Shown here in pieces: positions 12,331-24,397 of a stretch of 64,000 nucleotides of DNA. The DNA lies in the NCBI GenBank assembly GCA_004431415.1, contig QPMI01000048.1, positions 1 through 64,000 on the forward strand, in the 5' to 3' direction. The stretch's first letter is position 1. Each line of letters begins with the position of its first letter. The position numbers were made by a program, and so were the translations under genes. This DNA is from Cyanophora paradoxa CCMP329. Lineage: Eukaryota > Plantae > Glaucophyta. The notes beneath the pieces are model-generated. The model did no database searches, had not been told where the DNA came from, and worked only from the letters and a program-made list of their open reading frames with translations.

Positions 12331-15300
12331 ATGGGTCCCGAAGTCGACGTCGCGCCGATCTGATCATCGATATCGTCCTGCATATGCATGCGCAGCTGCG
12401 GTCGCGTCAGAGCTCTTCGAAGAATGTTTCGGCAACTCTTCCCTCAGTGCACGAAGGAGACGTGCACGGTGGCGCTCTGCGCCACCCGCACGGGCCAGGT
12501 CAGTCCCGCGCATCCCCGGCCCGAAATCGATCGATATCCCAATTGCAATCCTGGGGCCGTGCGCGCCGACGCCGGGGCAGGACGAGGAGGCGATCGCGGC
12601 GGAGTTGACCTCGAAGAGGCGCAAGTTCGAGGACCCGAGCTTCCCCGCGACCATGGCGGCCCTGTACCGCAACGGAGCCTCGCCGTTCGCTGATGCGCCG
12701 TGGAACCGGCCCGTCGGCGGCGGGGCGGCGGCGGCTGCTGCTGCAGCTGCTGCTGCTGCTAGCGCTGCTGCTGGGGCGGCGGCGGCTGGGGCCGCTGGCG
12801 CAGCGGCAGCTGGAGCGGCCGCAGCCGGTGCAGCGGGCGCGGCCGCAGCCGGCGCAGCGGCCGCGGCCGCAGCCGGCGCAGCGGCCGCGGCCGCAGCCGG
12901 CGCAGCGGCCGCCGGAGCTGCTGGCGCCGCTGGTGCGGCAGGGGCAGCAGGAGCAGCGGCAGCGGGTGCGGCCGCAGCCGGTGCAGCGGGCGCAGCTGCA
13001 GCCGGCGCCGCCGGTGCGGCAGGGGCCGCAGGAGCAGCCGGTGCAGCGGGCGCGGCCGCAGCCGGTGCAGCGGGCGCGGCCGCAGCCGGCGCAGCGGCCG
13101 CCGGAGCTGCTGGCGCCGCTGGTGCGGCAGGGGCAGCAGGAGCAGCGGCAGCGGGTGCGGCCGCAGCCGGTGCAGCGGGCGCGGCCGCAGCCGGCGCCGC
13201 CGGTGCGGCAGGGGCCGCAGGAGCAGCTGGAGCAGCTGCCGCAGCCGGCGCTGCGGGCGCGGCTGGTGCAGCCAGTGCCGCGGGCGCGGCGGCAGCAGGG
13301 GCCGCCGGCGCGGCGGGCGCGGCCGGCGCAGCGGGCGCGGCCGGCGCGGCGGGCGCGGCTGGAGCAGCCGGCGCGGCAGGCGCAGCCGCAGCCGCTGGCG
13401 CTGCCGCCGGTGCAGCAGGGGCCGCTGGAGCAGCGGGCGCGGCTGCGGCGGCAGGCGCGGCCGGGGCGGCAGGCGCGGCGGAGGCAGCAGCCGCGGCGGC
13501 CGCGGCGGCGGCGGCGGCGGCGGCGGCGGGGCCCAACGCCGACGCCATCCCAAGCGCAGGTGCCGCCGCCCCGCCCACCCGCCCGCCTCGCCCACCCGCC
13601 CGGGTCCTCTTTCAGCTTTTCCGCCCTGCCCTGACCTTCCCCCTCTGCCCCGACCCGCCCCGGGCAGGCTCTGTGGACGGGGACTTCGTCGAGAAGCACT
13701 GCATCTGGCTCCGGTCCGCCCCGCCCCGCCCGCTTATAAAACTTAATTGTAATTAGACAAGGCCAGCCCGTCGACGTCTCAGCCTGCCTACTTTCGTGTA
13801 CCTCATTACTAAAGTTAGGCGCCCCGTTTAGACCGGACAGGCGCCCCTAATATATATATTATCTGATTCTTTCTTCGGAGCGCAGGCCGAAGGAGTTCTG
13901 CCCGGGGCGCCCGCAGCTCTTCATTGACGGCTCGAACCCGGGCGACGTCATCCAGGGCATGCTCAGTGCGCCTTGGAAGCATCCAGAATCTCGATCTAGA
14001 AACATCTAGAAACATCCAGAATCTAGATCTAGATAACTTAAGAGTCTAGAAAATGCATTCGATCGGGCGTCGTCCAGGGCGTGCTCAGTGCGCCCCCGGC
14101 CCCGGAGTCCACTTCGATTATTCGGGCCGGGCCCTCTCGCCTTCCTAAAAAACCGATCTTCTCGCCGGCGCCGCTGACGCGACCGGGCGGGCCATCCCAG
14201 GCGACTGCTGGGTCCTCTCGGCCATACAAGGTACATATGCCACCCCCGCCCGTTCCCGCGCTCCTCGGAAAATTCTTCTCTCTCGCTGTCCCTCTTCGGA
14301 TCTAATTCTCGCTGCCCGCGGCCCGGCGCAGTTCTGGCGGCCCAGCCGGCGCTGCTCCAGCGCCTCTTCGTCTCCACCGCCAACGCCCACCTCGGCATGT
14401 GCGCCCGGCCCCTCGCTAGAGACTAGAAACTAGAGGCCTCGTTAGCTATGCCTGAATCACGACTCAGTGTACCTCCGCTCACGCCCAACCCCCTTTCAGT
14501 TACACTGTGGCCATCTTCAAGGACGGTTTCTGGCACGTGCGTGTACACCCTCCCCTTCTCTCCGCCACCCCCACTCCCCGTACCGACACGCCCCGTCCTC
14601 CCTCCCTCCCCCGCAGCGCATCGTGATCGACGATCGGATCCTGTGCCGCTCCGACCGCACCCCGCTCTACGCTTCCTGCCGCGACCGTGCACACGCGCCC
14701 TCCCCTATCGGCCGGCCCCCTCTCCTCCCTCTCTCTCTCTCGCCCTCACGCCCGCCGCTTGTGTTCCGCAGGCAACGAGATCTGGCTCCCGTGCGCCCGC
14801 GCCGCAGCCCACGATCGCGATCGAGCCTCTAGCCCTCGGCCCTCGTTTCTTCGTTCGCCCTTTTTTGAGGCTTCGTTCGTTCCCTTCGTTCGCAGCCTCC
14901 TGGAAAAAGCGATGGCGAAGGCCAACAACTGCTTCGAGGTCCGGATCTATTGTCCTATCTTATCTTCTTCTTTTAAAGACTCTTGTCTGTCTGTTTGTTT
15001 GTTCAAACGAACAGAACCTGAACTACGGGCACGTGAGCACCGCCCTCCGAGACCTGACCGTGCGCCCCTACCCCCCCCCCCTTGGATCCCCACCCCCGAA
15101 CCGACCTTCGTTCGCAGGGCGGGACCTCCTCCATGACGTGCGCCCGAACCCGCCCCGCGCGCCCCGGTCCCGGCTTGAGAGTGAGAGAGAGATCTAAAGC
15201 CGGGACTGCTCTGCTCTGCTCAATCTTTAATCCGAGCACTCGATTGTACGTGTGGGGCCGGCTGACCGGTTGGCCCGGGGACAGGTACCTCAAGCCCGCG

Positions 15301-18300
15301 GACCCCCGCGGCGAGGCGCGCCCCCCCCCCCCCCCCCTCCCCCTTACCCCTGCCCTTCTCACTCACCCCCCCCCCCCCCCCACACACACACACAGGTGCC
15401 GCGGGAGCGGCGGCCCTTCGCGTTCCGGGCGGAGCTGGCCCCCGAGGAGGCCTGGGCCCACCTCGCCTCCCTCCTCGCCCGCGGGTCCGCTCGCCCCGCC
15501 GTCGCCCCGCCCCGCCCGCTCGCCCCGCCTTGAAGAAGAAGAAGAAGCTATAGCCAGGCTAAGAAGAGCCTTTAAGACCAGACAAGCTTAGAAAGTCTTA
15601 GCTCGCTCGCGAGATCTTCTTTCAATGTGTCCGATGCGGTCCCGCTCTCCGCGCGCCGGCGCGCAGGGCCCTGCTTGGGTGCATCTGGGTGGACCTCGGC
15701 ACCCTCGGCCTCGGCCTCATCGACAACGGCGTCGTCAAGGTACGTACCCCCGGGCCCCTATCTCCCTCTACCCCCCTTCACTCTTCTCCCCCCGCAGAAC
15801 CACGCGTACGGCGTCCTGGAGGCGCGGGAGGTCGAGGAGGGGGCCCGCCGGCACCGCCTCGTCCGCGTCCGGAACCCTTGGTGCGCCTAACTAATTAAAC
15901 TTATATGGAACTACAAGCGATAGAAGATAGAGAAAGGAAACCTTGGCGTATCAATAGGAACGCTCTAGCTTTGGACTACGATTCCGGCTGAGCGGTCTTC
16001 GGCGTCCGCGGCGGGGGCGCAGGGGCCGCCAGGAGTGGTCGGGCCGCTTCGCCGACGGCTCGCCGGACTGGACGCCCGCCCTCCTCGTGCGCGCCCTCTT
16101 ACCCCCCCTCGCTCCTTCCCCCGGAGGGGTGGGGGGGGGGGGGGGGCGGCCCCAACCTTTCGCGCTTCGTTCGCAGGAGAAGCTCAGGCACAGCTTCGCG
16201 GACGACGGCACCTTCTGGATCCTCTGGCAGGATTTCGTCCAGGTACCCCCCTCCCGTTCATTCCCCCGCTCACCAGTTCTCCCGCGGAGAGTTCTCACAT
16301 CGAGGCAGACATTCAACTGCCTGTATGCGTGCGAGATCTTCGCAGACGGCTGGAAGGGCCAGAGTGTCACGGTGCGATTCAATTGAGTCGCTCTTGAAGT
16401 TCATCCGAAACCACCCCGCTCGGAATCGACCCGGGGTTCCGTACGTAGGGGGCCTGGAAGAAAGGCGTGAGCGCCTTCGGGCCGCCCCCGGACAGCGCCT
16501 GGGAGCGCAACCGCCAGTTCCACCTGAAGGTACTGTACCCCCGCTGGATCCGGAGCCGTACCCTTTATTCGACAAAGACGTACCCCCGCAGGTGACGGGC
16601 CGCACGCGCCTCGAGATCTCCCTCTCCCAGGGTGACGTCCGGCCGCTCGGCCTCGACGAGGTGCGTGCGTTCCCGCCTGGATCTGCGACCCCCCCCCCCC
16701 CCCCCCCATCTGACGCGGTACCCCAGCTGCACTTCCCCGCCGGCGTTGGCGTCGCGATCGTCAAGGCAAAAGGTGGGATCCTTCAAGGCTTTCCGTCTAT
16801 CTCGGTTCTGGCTGCGCTTGTTCTTCAGCTAAAGCTCGAGCAGGCTCCGCCCCGGGCCGCCCCCTCCGCAGCATCGACGCCCCCTCCATCGTCTTCCAGT
16901 CGCCCTGCCTTTACTCCCGCGACGGTGCTCAGAATTCGATCTCCACTTCGAATTACTCTCACTTTCTTCCCTCTTTTATTCTGACGGCCCGCCTCCGGCA
17001 GTGTCTGCCTCCGCCGTCCTCGAGGCCGGCGACTACAAGGTGGGGCCCGGCGGATTCGAACCCGAAGCCCCGCTCCGCGCACCCCCTTTCCGAACGCTGA
17101 GCCGCTGCCCACCGTATACGTACCCCCAGATCGTGCCGATGACGGCCAAGCCCGACCAGGAGGCGATCTACAGCCTTTCCGTCTGGTCTGACCGTGACGT
17201 CGACCTCGAGGTCCGGATTCGGATCCGGGCTCGAATCCGCCCCGGGGTCTTTTCTGACGCCCGGGTAGGGGGAGAAGGCCATCCAGGAGCTCGACAAGGA
17301 GGAGGTCACGGCCGCCGGAGGTACGATTCCCACGAACGTGCGACCGTACCCCCCTTCCCGCGTGACCAGGCCGCGCAGAGGGCGCCGGGGCGGACTTCGC
17401 TGCGCCCCCCGCGCCGAGCGTGTACCCCCCGACCCGTGCGCGTCCCCCGCGGCCCTGGCCCGGATCGGTTCGTTTCCGAGAGGCTGACAGTCCCGCAGGG
17501 CCCCCGCCCGAGAACCCCAAGAACGCAGCGTGCGCACCTCGCGATCGATCGCACCACCCGCTCAACGATCGCATCGGCACTTTCTAAATCCGAAGTGCCG
17601 GCGCAGGGCGGTGGCGATGGAAGTGCTGGACGCGCTGAGCGCCGCCACGCAGCGCCTCGCCGCCGAGAACTCCGCCCTCAAGAGGGTGAGCACGAATGTT
17701 GCAGGAGCTCGAGGAGTTTCGATCTGTTCGAAACTTACGGCTGACGCGTACGCGCGCAGCGGCACCAGCAGCTGCACCTGCCCCCCGTGCGGGTCCTCTG
17801 CATCGACGGCGGCGGCATGCGCGGCGTCATCCCCCTGACCGCGCGCCCCCGTCCCAGCCCCAACGCGCCCCATCCCTCTCTCCCTCTTTTCTGAGCGGCG
17901 GTCGCCGTGCCCGCAGATTCTGAACCACATCGAGAAGACTGCGAAGAAGGTGAGAGAAGGCCCTGGGCTTGTCCTTATTCGCCTTGTCGCTCGGATCGTG
18001 TTCCGCGGTCTGACCAGCCCATCGCGGGCAGCCCATTCCCGAGCTCTTCGATTTCATCGCCGGTCAGCTCCGAATTCGATCGCGACTCCCGTCGAGATCG
18101 CTATCGGCCTTAAGCTTAAGATCGCCAATACAATGTTAAGCTTAAGGGAGTGCGGCCCTGGAATAGCTTATGGGCGCGGCGGCCTTAATTCGACTCCCGT
18201 CGAGATCGCCGTCGGTCTTCTAAAGGGCGCGCAGGGACGTCCGCCGGGGCGATCGCGGCCATGGCCCTCTCGGCGAGGGGCAAGGACGGCAAGCTCGCCC

Positions 18301-21300
18301 GCAACACCGACGCCGCCGTGCGCCCGCCCGCGCTTTTATCCGCTCGCTTTTCGTTTCCTCTAGATCTGACGCATTGCTTTTTGCTTTGGACGGGCCCGAC
18401 AGATCCGCTCCACGTACGAGTGGTGAGCCATCGGCGGCCGCGGCCGCGCGGCGGCGTCGCGCCGCTGCAGCTGATCGTGAGATTAACTCGCTTCTTTTGT
18501 TAGGGGCGGGCGGATCTTCCCCCACTCGACGAATGGCTTCGTTCGCTTCTTCCGCAACTTCCGCACCGCCTCCGTCTTCTCGGTGCGCCCCATCCGAGCT
18601 AGCTTCCCGCGGGTCTCAACTTGCTACCCCGCGGCCCGCCGGGTCGTCAAGCCTTTTTATGTTTCTATGAGCTTCCTGCAGTCTTTAGCTTCTGCATGTT
18701 ATCCCGCGGTCGCGGTATCCCGCTTGCTTGGCGGCTTATAATTAAGCTTCCGCCCTTCTGACGGCCGGCCGGCGCTCGCCGGACCGTCGGGCGGGGCAGG
18801 GGTCGGGAATCGACGGGTACCTCGACTCGCTCTTCGGGCGGGCGGCGCGGCTCTCCGACCTCCCCAACGACATCATGGCGCGCCCCGTCCACGCCCCCGC
18901 CCCTTTCCGCTCCCCCAGAGATATATACGGCTTCGAAGCTTAAACTTCTAGGGACTTGCGCGCCCAGCCCCCGCCCCCGCCCCCGCCCCCGCCCCCGCCT
19001 CCGGCCTGCCAGAAGCCCAGAGAGCTCATAGACCTAGAGATAGCTAGTTTTATAGAAAACCGAGAATCATGGCGCGCCCCGCCCCCGCCCCATCCCGCGC
19101 CCCCAGAGATACGGCTTCAAATTAAAGCTTAAGCTTCTAGGGACTTGCAATTGGTTTATATCGAGAAGACCTAGACCTAGCATTGCGGATCTAGCAAGCT
19201 GGGCGATCTAGGCCCGCCCCCGCCACCCCCCGGCCCCCCCACCCCACCCCACCCCCCTCCTTGATCTCGTTTGACCCGCGGCCTTTCGTACCAGATCACG
19301 TCGTACGATACGGAGGCGCGCTGCCCCAAGTTCTTCAAGGTGACCTAGAACCCTCAAGGCCCCGCCGCCTCCGTCCCCGCCCCCGCCACCCCCACCACGA
19401 GCCCGACGTCGACCCCGCCGCCTCCTCCTCAGACGTGGAAGGCCCGGGAGAGCAAGGAGGTGCGCGCACGCATGCGCGATCGCGAGGCTCGCGAGAATTC
19501 GAATCTAGCCGCGATATCAGACATGGCCAGGCGTTGTATCGCACTTGAACGCACCACTTAAGCTTATGCGACTTGTGCGCGACAGGAGGACCACCTGCTC
19601 TACGACGTCGGCAAGGCGACGTCGGCGGCCCCCGCCTTCCTCCCCGCCCACGAGGTCGACGTCCCCCCCGCTTAAGCTTCTTTCTTAAGCTTTCTCTTCC
19701 AATACCTCATCCTTTAATTTAGTCTAGGTCTATAGCTATGTTACTGTGCGCAGTCTTTCTTTTGCTGACATGTCTTATGATCAAAATCAGATGCCGATGC
19801 CGAACGCGCCGGAGGACCGCGCCACGTCCACTTTCATCGACGGTCCGCTCAGATCAGATCAGATCTGATCAGATCTGATCTGATCAGATCTGAGGCGCTA
19901 AATTCGGTCTGATCTGACTCCGTTCGAGCAGGCGCGTGCGTCTGCAACAACCCGACGCTCGCGGCCTGGCTGGAGGTATCCAAGATGTACCCGGGTCGGC
20001 CTAGGCCTTCGTTCCCGCCACTACCCTCCCCCCCCCTCCCCCCCCCTCTGAATCTTTGTTCGCAGGGCGGGACATCCTGATGGTCTCGCTGGGCTCCGGG
20101 AGCTGCGGGACGCCCTTCTCGAGGCGCGACGCCGAGAAGTTCACCCTCCTCCAGTGCGCCCCGGGCCCTCTAGATCTCAAGCGATCCATTCTTATTTCGC
20201 CTTCTAACGGAGAATGTTTACGACGACGCGCAGCTGGGCGTCGAAGTCGGTTGACTGGTGCGTCGCTCATTTATATATACCGTCCTCGAATCGAAGTCGG
20301 CCCTTCGCTGGAATCTAAATTTAAACTCGGACGGCACGTGTACGGCCGACGTCGACAGCATCCTGGACGGCACGGCCGACTCGATCAACCAGGTCGCCGG
20401 AGAGCTCCTGGGCGAAAACGTGCGCAAATCAATTATATATACCAGCTGGTTTTTTTTTTGGTGAATTACCGGCCACAGTCTCTAGACACCAGCACTGCGG
20501 GGGCTGCCCAGGGGGCATAAAGACAAAAAAGCAAAATACCAGCTGGAATTCGAAGTCTATTTCCCAAAAATCGTCTGCTGGATATATATAGAAGACTAGT
20601 TCCGATTACATAATCACTGGTGTCTAGAGACTGTGGCCGGTAATTCACCAAAAACAAAATCACCTTATACAATTATAATTAGGATTCGCGTCTCACGCGT
20701 CGCGTCCTTCGCAGTATTACCGCTTCCAGCCGGTGATGGCGCCCGGAATGGACGGCAAGCGACCTCGGCCACCTCGCTCTCTTTCTTTTTAAGGGGCGCC
20801 TAGCTCACCCACTGCCCGCGGCCGGCCCTCAGACATGTTCGACGGGCGGCGCGAGATGCTCCAGAACTTCGTTCGCCAGGCCCAGACGCAGGTTCGCGCG
20901 CGCGCGCACCGCCGCTCTTTGCTTCCCGGTCCGCCGACTGCCCGCGAATCTCTCACCTCGCGCCTGCACGCGCAGATCCTGCAGGGCCCGTCTCTTCAAA
21001 AGCTGGAGGAGGCCATCGACCGCCTGGTGCCCTCCGACCTGTCCTTATCGCAGTCCCACCTGACTAAAGACGTTCATTTGCAAAGGCACATTCTATTACA
21101 CTTTCTAGATCTAGTTGCTAGTACGTATACGTCGACCGGCCAGTGCCCTCCGCGGCCGCGCCGCCGCGCCCCGGCCCGGCGCTGGTGCCGGCGCCACAGC
21201 TCTCTGGCCCTTCGAATTCTTCTTCTTCTTCTGAGCCGCGGGGCCCGCGGCCGGGGTCAGGTGTCGGCCACCGAGGCGCGAACGAAGCTGCTGGCGGAGG

Positions 21301-22069
21301 ACCCCGAGGCCCTGCGGCCCATCCGGCCCGCGGAGCCCTCCGCCCCGGGCAAGTCCGTGCGGGTGCGTGCACGCGCCCCTTACATACGCGAATTCGAATC
21401 ATTGTATAAGAATCAATTTTACATGTATAAGCCTTTATGCGCCTCCTCTTAGAAGCCCATAAGCCTATATGAGTAATTAACGGGCTCGAACTTCAGAAGC
21501 CGAACATGGTGGTGATCGCGAAGGAGGACCTGGACGCAGCCCTCGGGGCCGCCGTCGACCGCGAGACGGGTGCGCCCCCCTTCTTCCTTTAATTTCTCGC
21601 GGAGAGATATATAGCCTCAGCCATAGAAGGCTTAGGTGGCTTAGGCGGGGCGGTAGAGATGAGGCTGGGCTGTACATGTGCCCGGCACGCGTCGATCGCT
21701 TTGCCTGCAATCGGTGTTCTTATCAACTCTAGATCTAAGGCTCTACCGCTTCGCTTGCACTCGGTGTTCTTGTAGCTCTTAAGGCTCTACCTCCACACCT
21801 AAGCCACCTAAGGCTGTCTCTCGACCACGAGATGGGCGCGCCCTCCTCTCTCGACCACGAGATGGGCGCGCCCTCCTTTGATTTCTCGCGATAGATTAGA
21901 TTTCCGTGTAATCTGAGCTCATTGGTTTCCGAACGCGCCAGCAGATGGGCCGGGGCCGGCCCGGGCGCCAGGCGCTGCGCAGCGGCGCGTGTACCCCACG
22001 CCGCAGGAGACCAGCGCGGGAACCGGGACGGCGGCGTCGGTATCACGGCTCGCGGCGCCGGCCGTTTAA
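12331..22069 (+). CDS. Calpain (CysPc + domain III/C2L) - coiled coil - patatin-like phospholipase fusion protein, ~40 exons; start codon tentative
   Basis: Calpain part: KFEDPSFP, WLR|PKEF, QGMLSDCWVLSA (Cys 14206), VIDDRI, EIWLPLLEKAMAK, NHAYGV (His 15801), VRVRNPWG (Asn 15873), DDGTFWI, then GAWKKG..NRQFHL, YKIVPMT..YSLSVWSD. Patatin part: VLCIDGGGMRG (17805), FDFIAGTSAG (Ser 18240), ATSAAP, FIDGACVCNNP, VSLGSG, YYRFQ. Linker exons 17269-17840 stay in phase with no stop. Stop TAA at 22067-22069. Confidence 0.85.
12716..13530 (+). repeat. ~270-codon Ala/Gly low-complexity repeat (AAAGAAG...) inside the calpain gene
   Basis: Almost all codons are GCN/GGN with a variable third base, with internal higher-order duplication. 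The frame runs from FEDPSFP to a phase-1 donor at 13560 that matches the next exon (G)SVDGDFVEKHCIWLR. Confidence 0.85.
20450..20538 (-). mobile_element. 5'-truncated LINE copy (~88 bp incl. poly A) in a patatin-region intron
   Basis: Exact reverse complement of the LINE 3' end. Flanked by ATACCAGCTGG at 20439-20449 and 20536-20546 (TSD overlapping 3 nt of microhomology). Confidence 0.93.
20617..20659 (+). mobile_element. Minimal LINE 3'-end copy (33 bp + A-rich tail) in the same intron
   Basis: CTGGTGTCTAGAGACTGTGGCCGGTAATTCACC followed by AAAAACAAAA; candidate TSD AATCAC at 20612-20617 and 20658-20663. Confidence 0.85.
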
Positions 22070-23169
22070 TACGAGCCTCGCATTGAATTGCGATCGATTT
22101 ATATAATTACATGTACAGAGAGAGTCCTTGGGCCCTGGCCATGGCCCGTTATGAATAGGCTTGGCGATCTTATATAATTAGACATCTTCTGGATTCGTGT
22201 GCAATTTCATTCGTGATGTACATACATGCTTATTACATATAATATAATAGTACAAGGGTCACTTCCGTACTTCTTCGATCCATCAGATTTCAAAACACAT
22301 CTAGATCTAGACACGGCGTTCCAATTGATTTCAAATTTCAAACGACGGCACTCTCTAGTCGATATGCACATGCGCAAGCCTTGGCCATTGGAATGATTGG
22401 ATCGCTATGCCATCGCTAATTTTTTTAAATGCACATTCCAGCGCGGACGGGCGAAGATTGAATTCAGCAGCCTCCAGCAGGGGCCCCAGCTGCAGGCCCC
22501 GGCCCCGCTCCCCCCCTCCCCCCCGCGCCCCGCGTGGGCCCTCCCTGGCCCTGGGGCCCCGCCGCACCGTCGGGGCCGGGCCCGAGAGCGCGCGGCGAGG
22601 CTCTCGACTCGGCAAGCTCCCTGGCCTGCCCAGCACTCGCACTACCAATGGAAACCGTTGAACCTTGCACGTTAAACGTAACCGACCGCGCGCGGCGCGC
22701 GCCAGACGCTCACGATCGGAGCCCGGCGCACAGCTGCCGCGCGCGCGCGCGACAGCCGGTAATTATATGTAAGCAGCAGGAAGAACGGACTTCGGCCGCG
22801 GGAGGGCATGCATATGGCATGATGCGCATGGCGGTGAAAGTCCACGTGCACGTCGACGTCGCGGCGGCCCGGCCCGCGGCCGACGCCGGCGCCGGCGGAC
22901 GAGGGCGCCGGCCAGGCCGCGCGCGCGGCCGGCCTCCGTTCGCAGGCCTAGGCCGAGCTCGTTGTTGGCATACTCACCTGCGCGATCATCGGATCAGTGT
23001 GCTACGTATACATCCATATGATGCGCGTGCGGCCTCGAGCCTCGGCCTAGGCCTCGAGCTCGCCGCGGCCGCGCGGCCGACCTGCCGAGGCGCGGCGACG
23101 TCGCGCGCGCGGATCGCGCGGCTCGAGCGATAAAAAAAGCGCGAGAAATCTAGTACCCCAGCACGAGCG

Positions 23170-24397
23170 ATGGCGCCCGCAACTGACATCCTGGAGAAGC
23201 ACTGGGACGCGCTCAACCTCCCAGCGCACCTGCACCACTGGCTGCCCTTCCTGGTGAAGCGCTACAGCGAGCCTAATCGCTTCTACCACAACGTGCACCA
23301 TCTCGAGGTCCGCCGCGAATACGCCGCATGGCCTCAGCACTAGCATCGCTTCCGCCGATGATCGAGACCCCGGACGCCCGTGACGCTGAGGGCGCTCCCC
23401 GACACGTAGGCGCTCTTCGAGCTGCTGGACGCCGCTGTCGCCGGTGCGGCTTGCTTCGCGGCTTCAAGGCGCTCCTTCTCCGCGCTGAAGCCATCGCAGG
23501 CGGGGAGGCCGTGCGGGACAAGACCGCCATCACACTTGCGGCTTTCTTCCACGAGTGCGTTGTCGATGCCCCGGCCGTAGCTAAGCTCGCCCTGCCGCGC
23601 GCTCTTCGCTCACGCAATGCTGCAGCGCGGTGTACGACACGAAGGCCCAGGGTTCGTCCAACGAGGCGAAGAGCGCCGCCCTCTTCCGAAAGTTCGCTTG
23701 GGAGGCGAGCGCCTCGAAGGCGCTGGTACGCTCGCGCGCTCCGCCGCTCGCGGGTCGCCATTGTGCTCAGCGCGCGGCGCTCGTGCAGTCCGAGAAGACG
23801 GCGGCGGCAGTGGAGGCGTTCATCATGGCAACCGCGAAGCACTGTGCGGAGGGCGCGGAGAACTCGGCGGGGCCGGAGTACGCCGGTGCGCGCGCCGCGC
23901 GCTCCGCGGCGGAGCTTCCCCTCAACCCGCTCTCCGATCCCCCGTCTCACGGCCCGGCCGGCAGGCGACCTGGCTCTGTTCTTGGACCTCGACCTCGCGA
24001 TCCTCGGGCAGGACCGCGCCCACTACCTGGACTACGCCGGCCAGATCCGACAGGAGGCGCGCGCCCCGCCCCGCCCCGCCCCGCTTCGCCCCGCCCCGCC
24101 TCGCCCCGCTCCGCCTGCAGCTGACTCGCCGCCCGCCCGCCCGCCCGCCCGCCCGCGCAGTACGCGGCGGTGGAGGAGGGCACGTACCGGGCGAAGCGGG
24201 CGGAGGTGCTACGGGGCATGCTGGCCGCCAAGTGCCTCTTCCGCACGCCCTTCTTCGGCTCGCGCCTCGAGCAGGGCGCCCGCGCCAACCTCGCGTTCGA
24301 GGTCGCCGAGCTGGATGCGGGGCGGATCCCCCCGGCCCCACACCCGGCCGGCATCCCCCACCGCCTCCGCCTCTTCCTCGCCTCCCTCAAGCAGTAG
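23170..24397 (+). CDS. Predicted metal-dependent HD-superfamily phosphohydrolase (COG4339-like), ~7 exons
   Basis: Spliced product: MAPATDILEKHW..RYSEPNRFYHNVHHLE | ..LAAFFHD|AVYDTK..SNEAKSA.. | FIMATAKH | LFLDLDLAILG..YLDYAGQIRQE|Y..YRAKRAEVLRGML..EQGARANLAFE..; stop TAG 24397. Confidence 0.88.

Noticed and set aside
12364-13699. Long minus-strand ORFs (Ala/Pro, Arg/Pro/Leu, Cys/Arg) as genes
   Set aside because: They are shadows of the GCN/GGN repeat; the flanking calpain motifs and splice sites are on the + strand.
22464-23130. Small gene divergent from the HD hydrolase
   Set aside because: A GTGAGT donor-like site and a short Gly-rich ORF exist, but no coherent spliced frame could be built.
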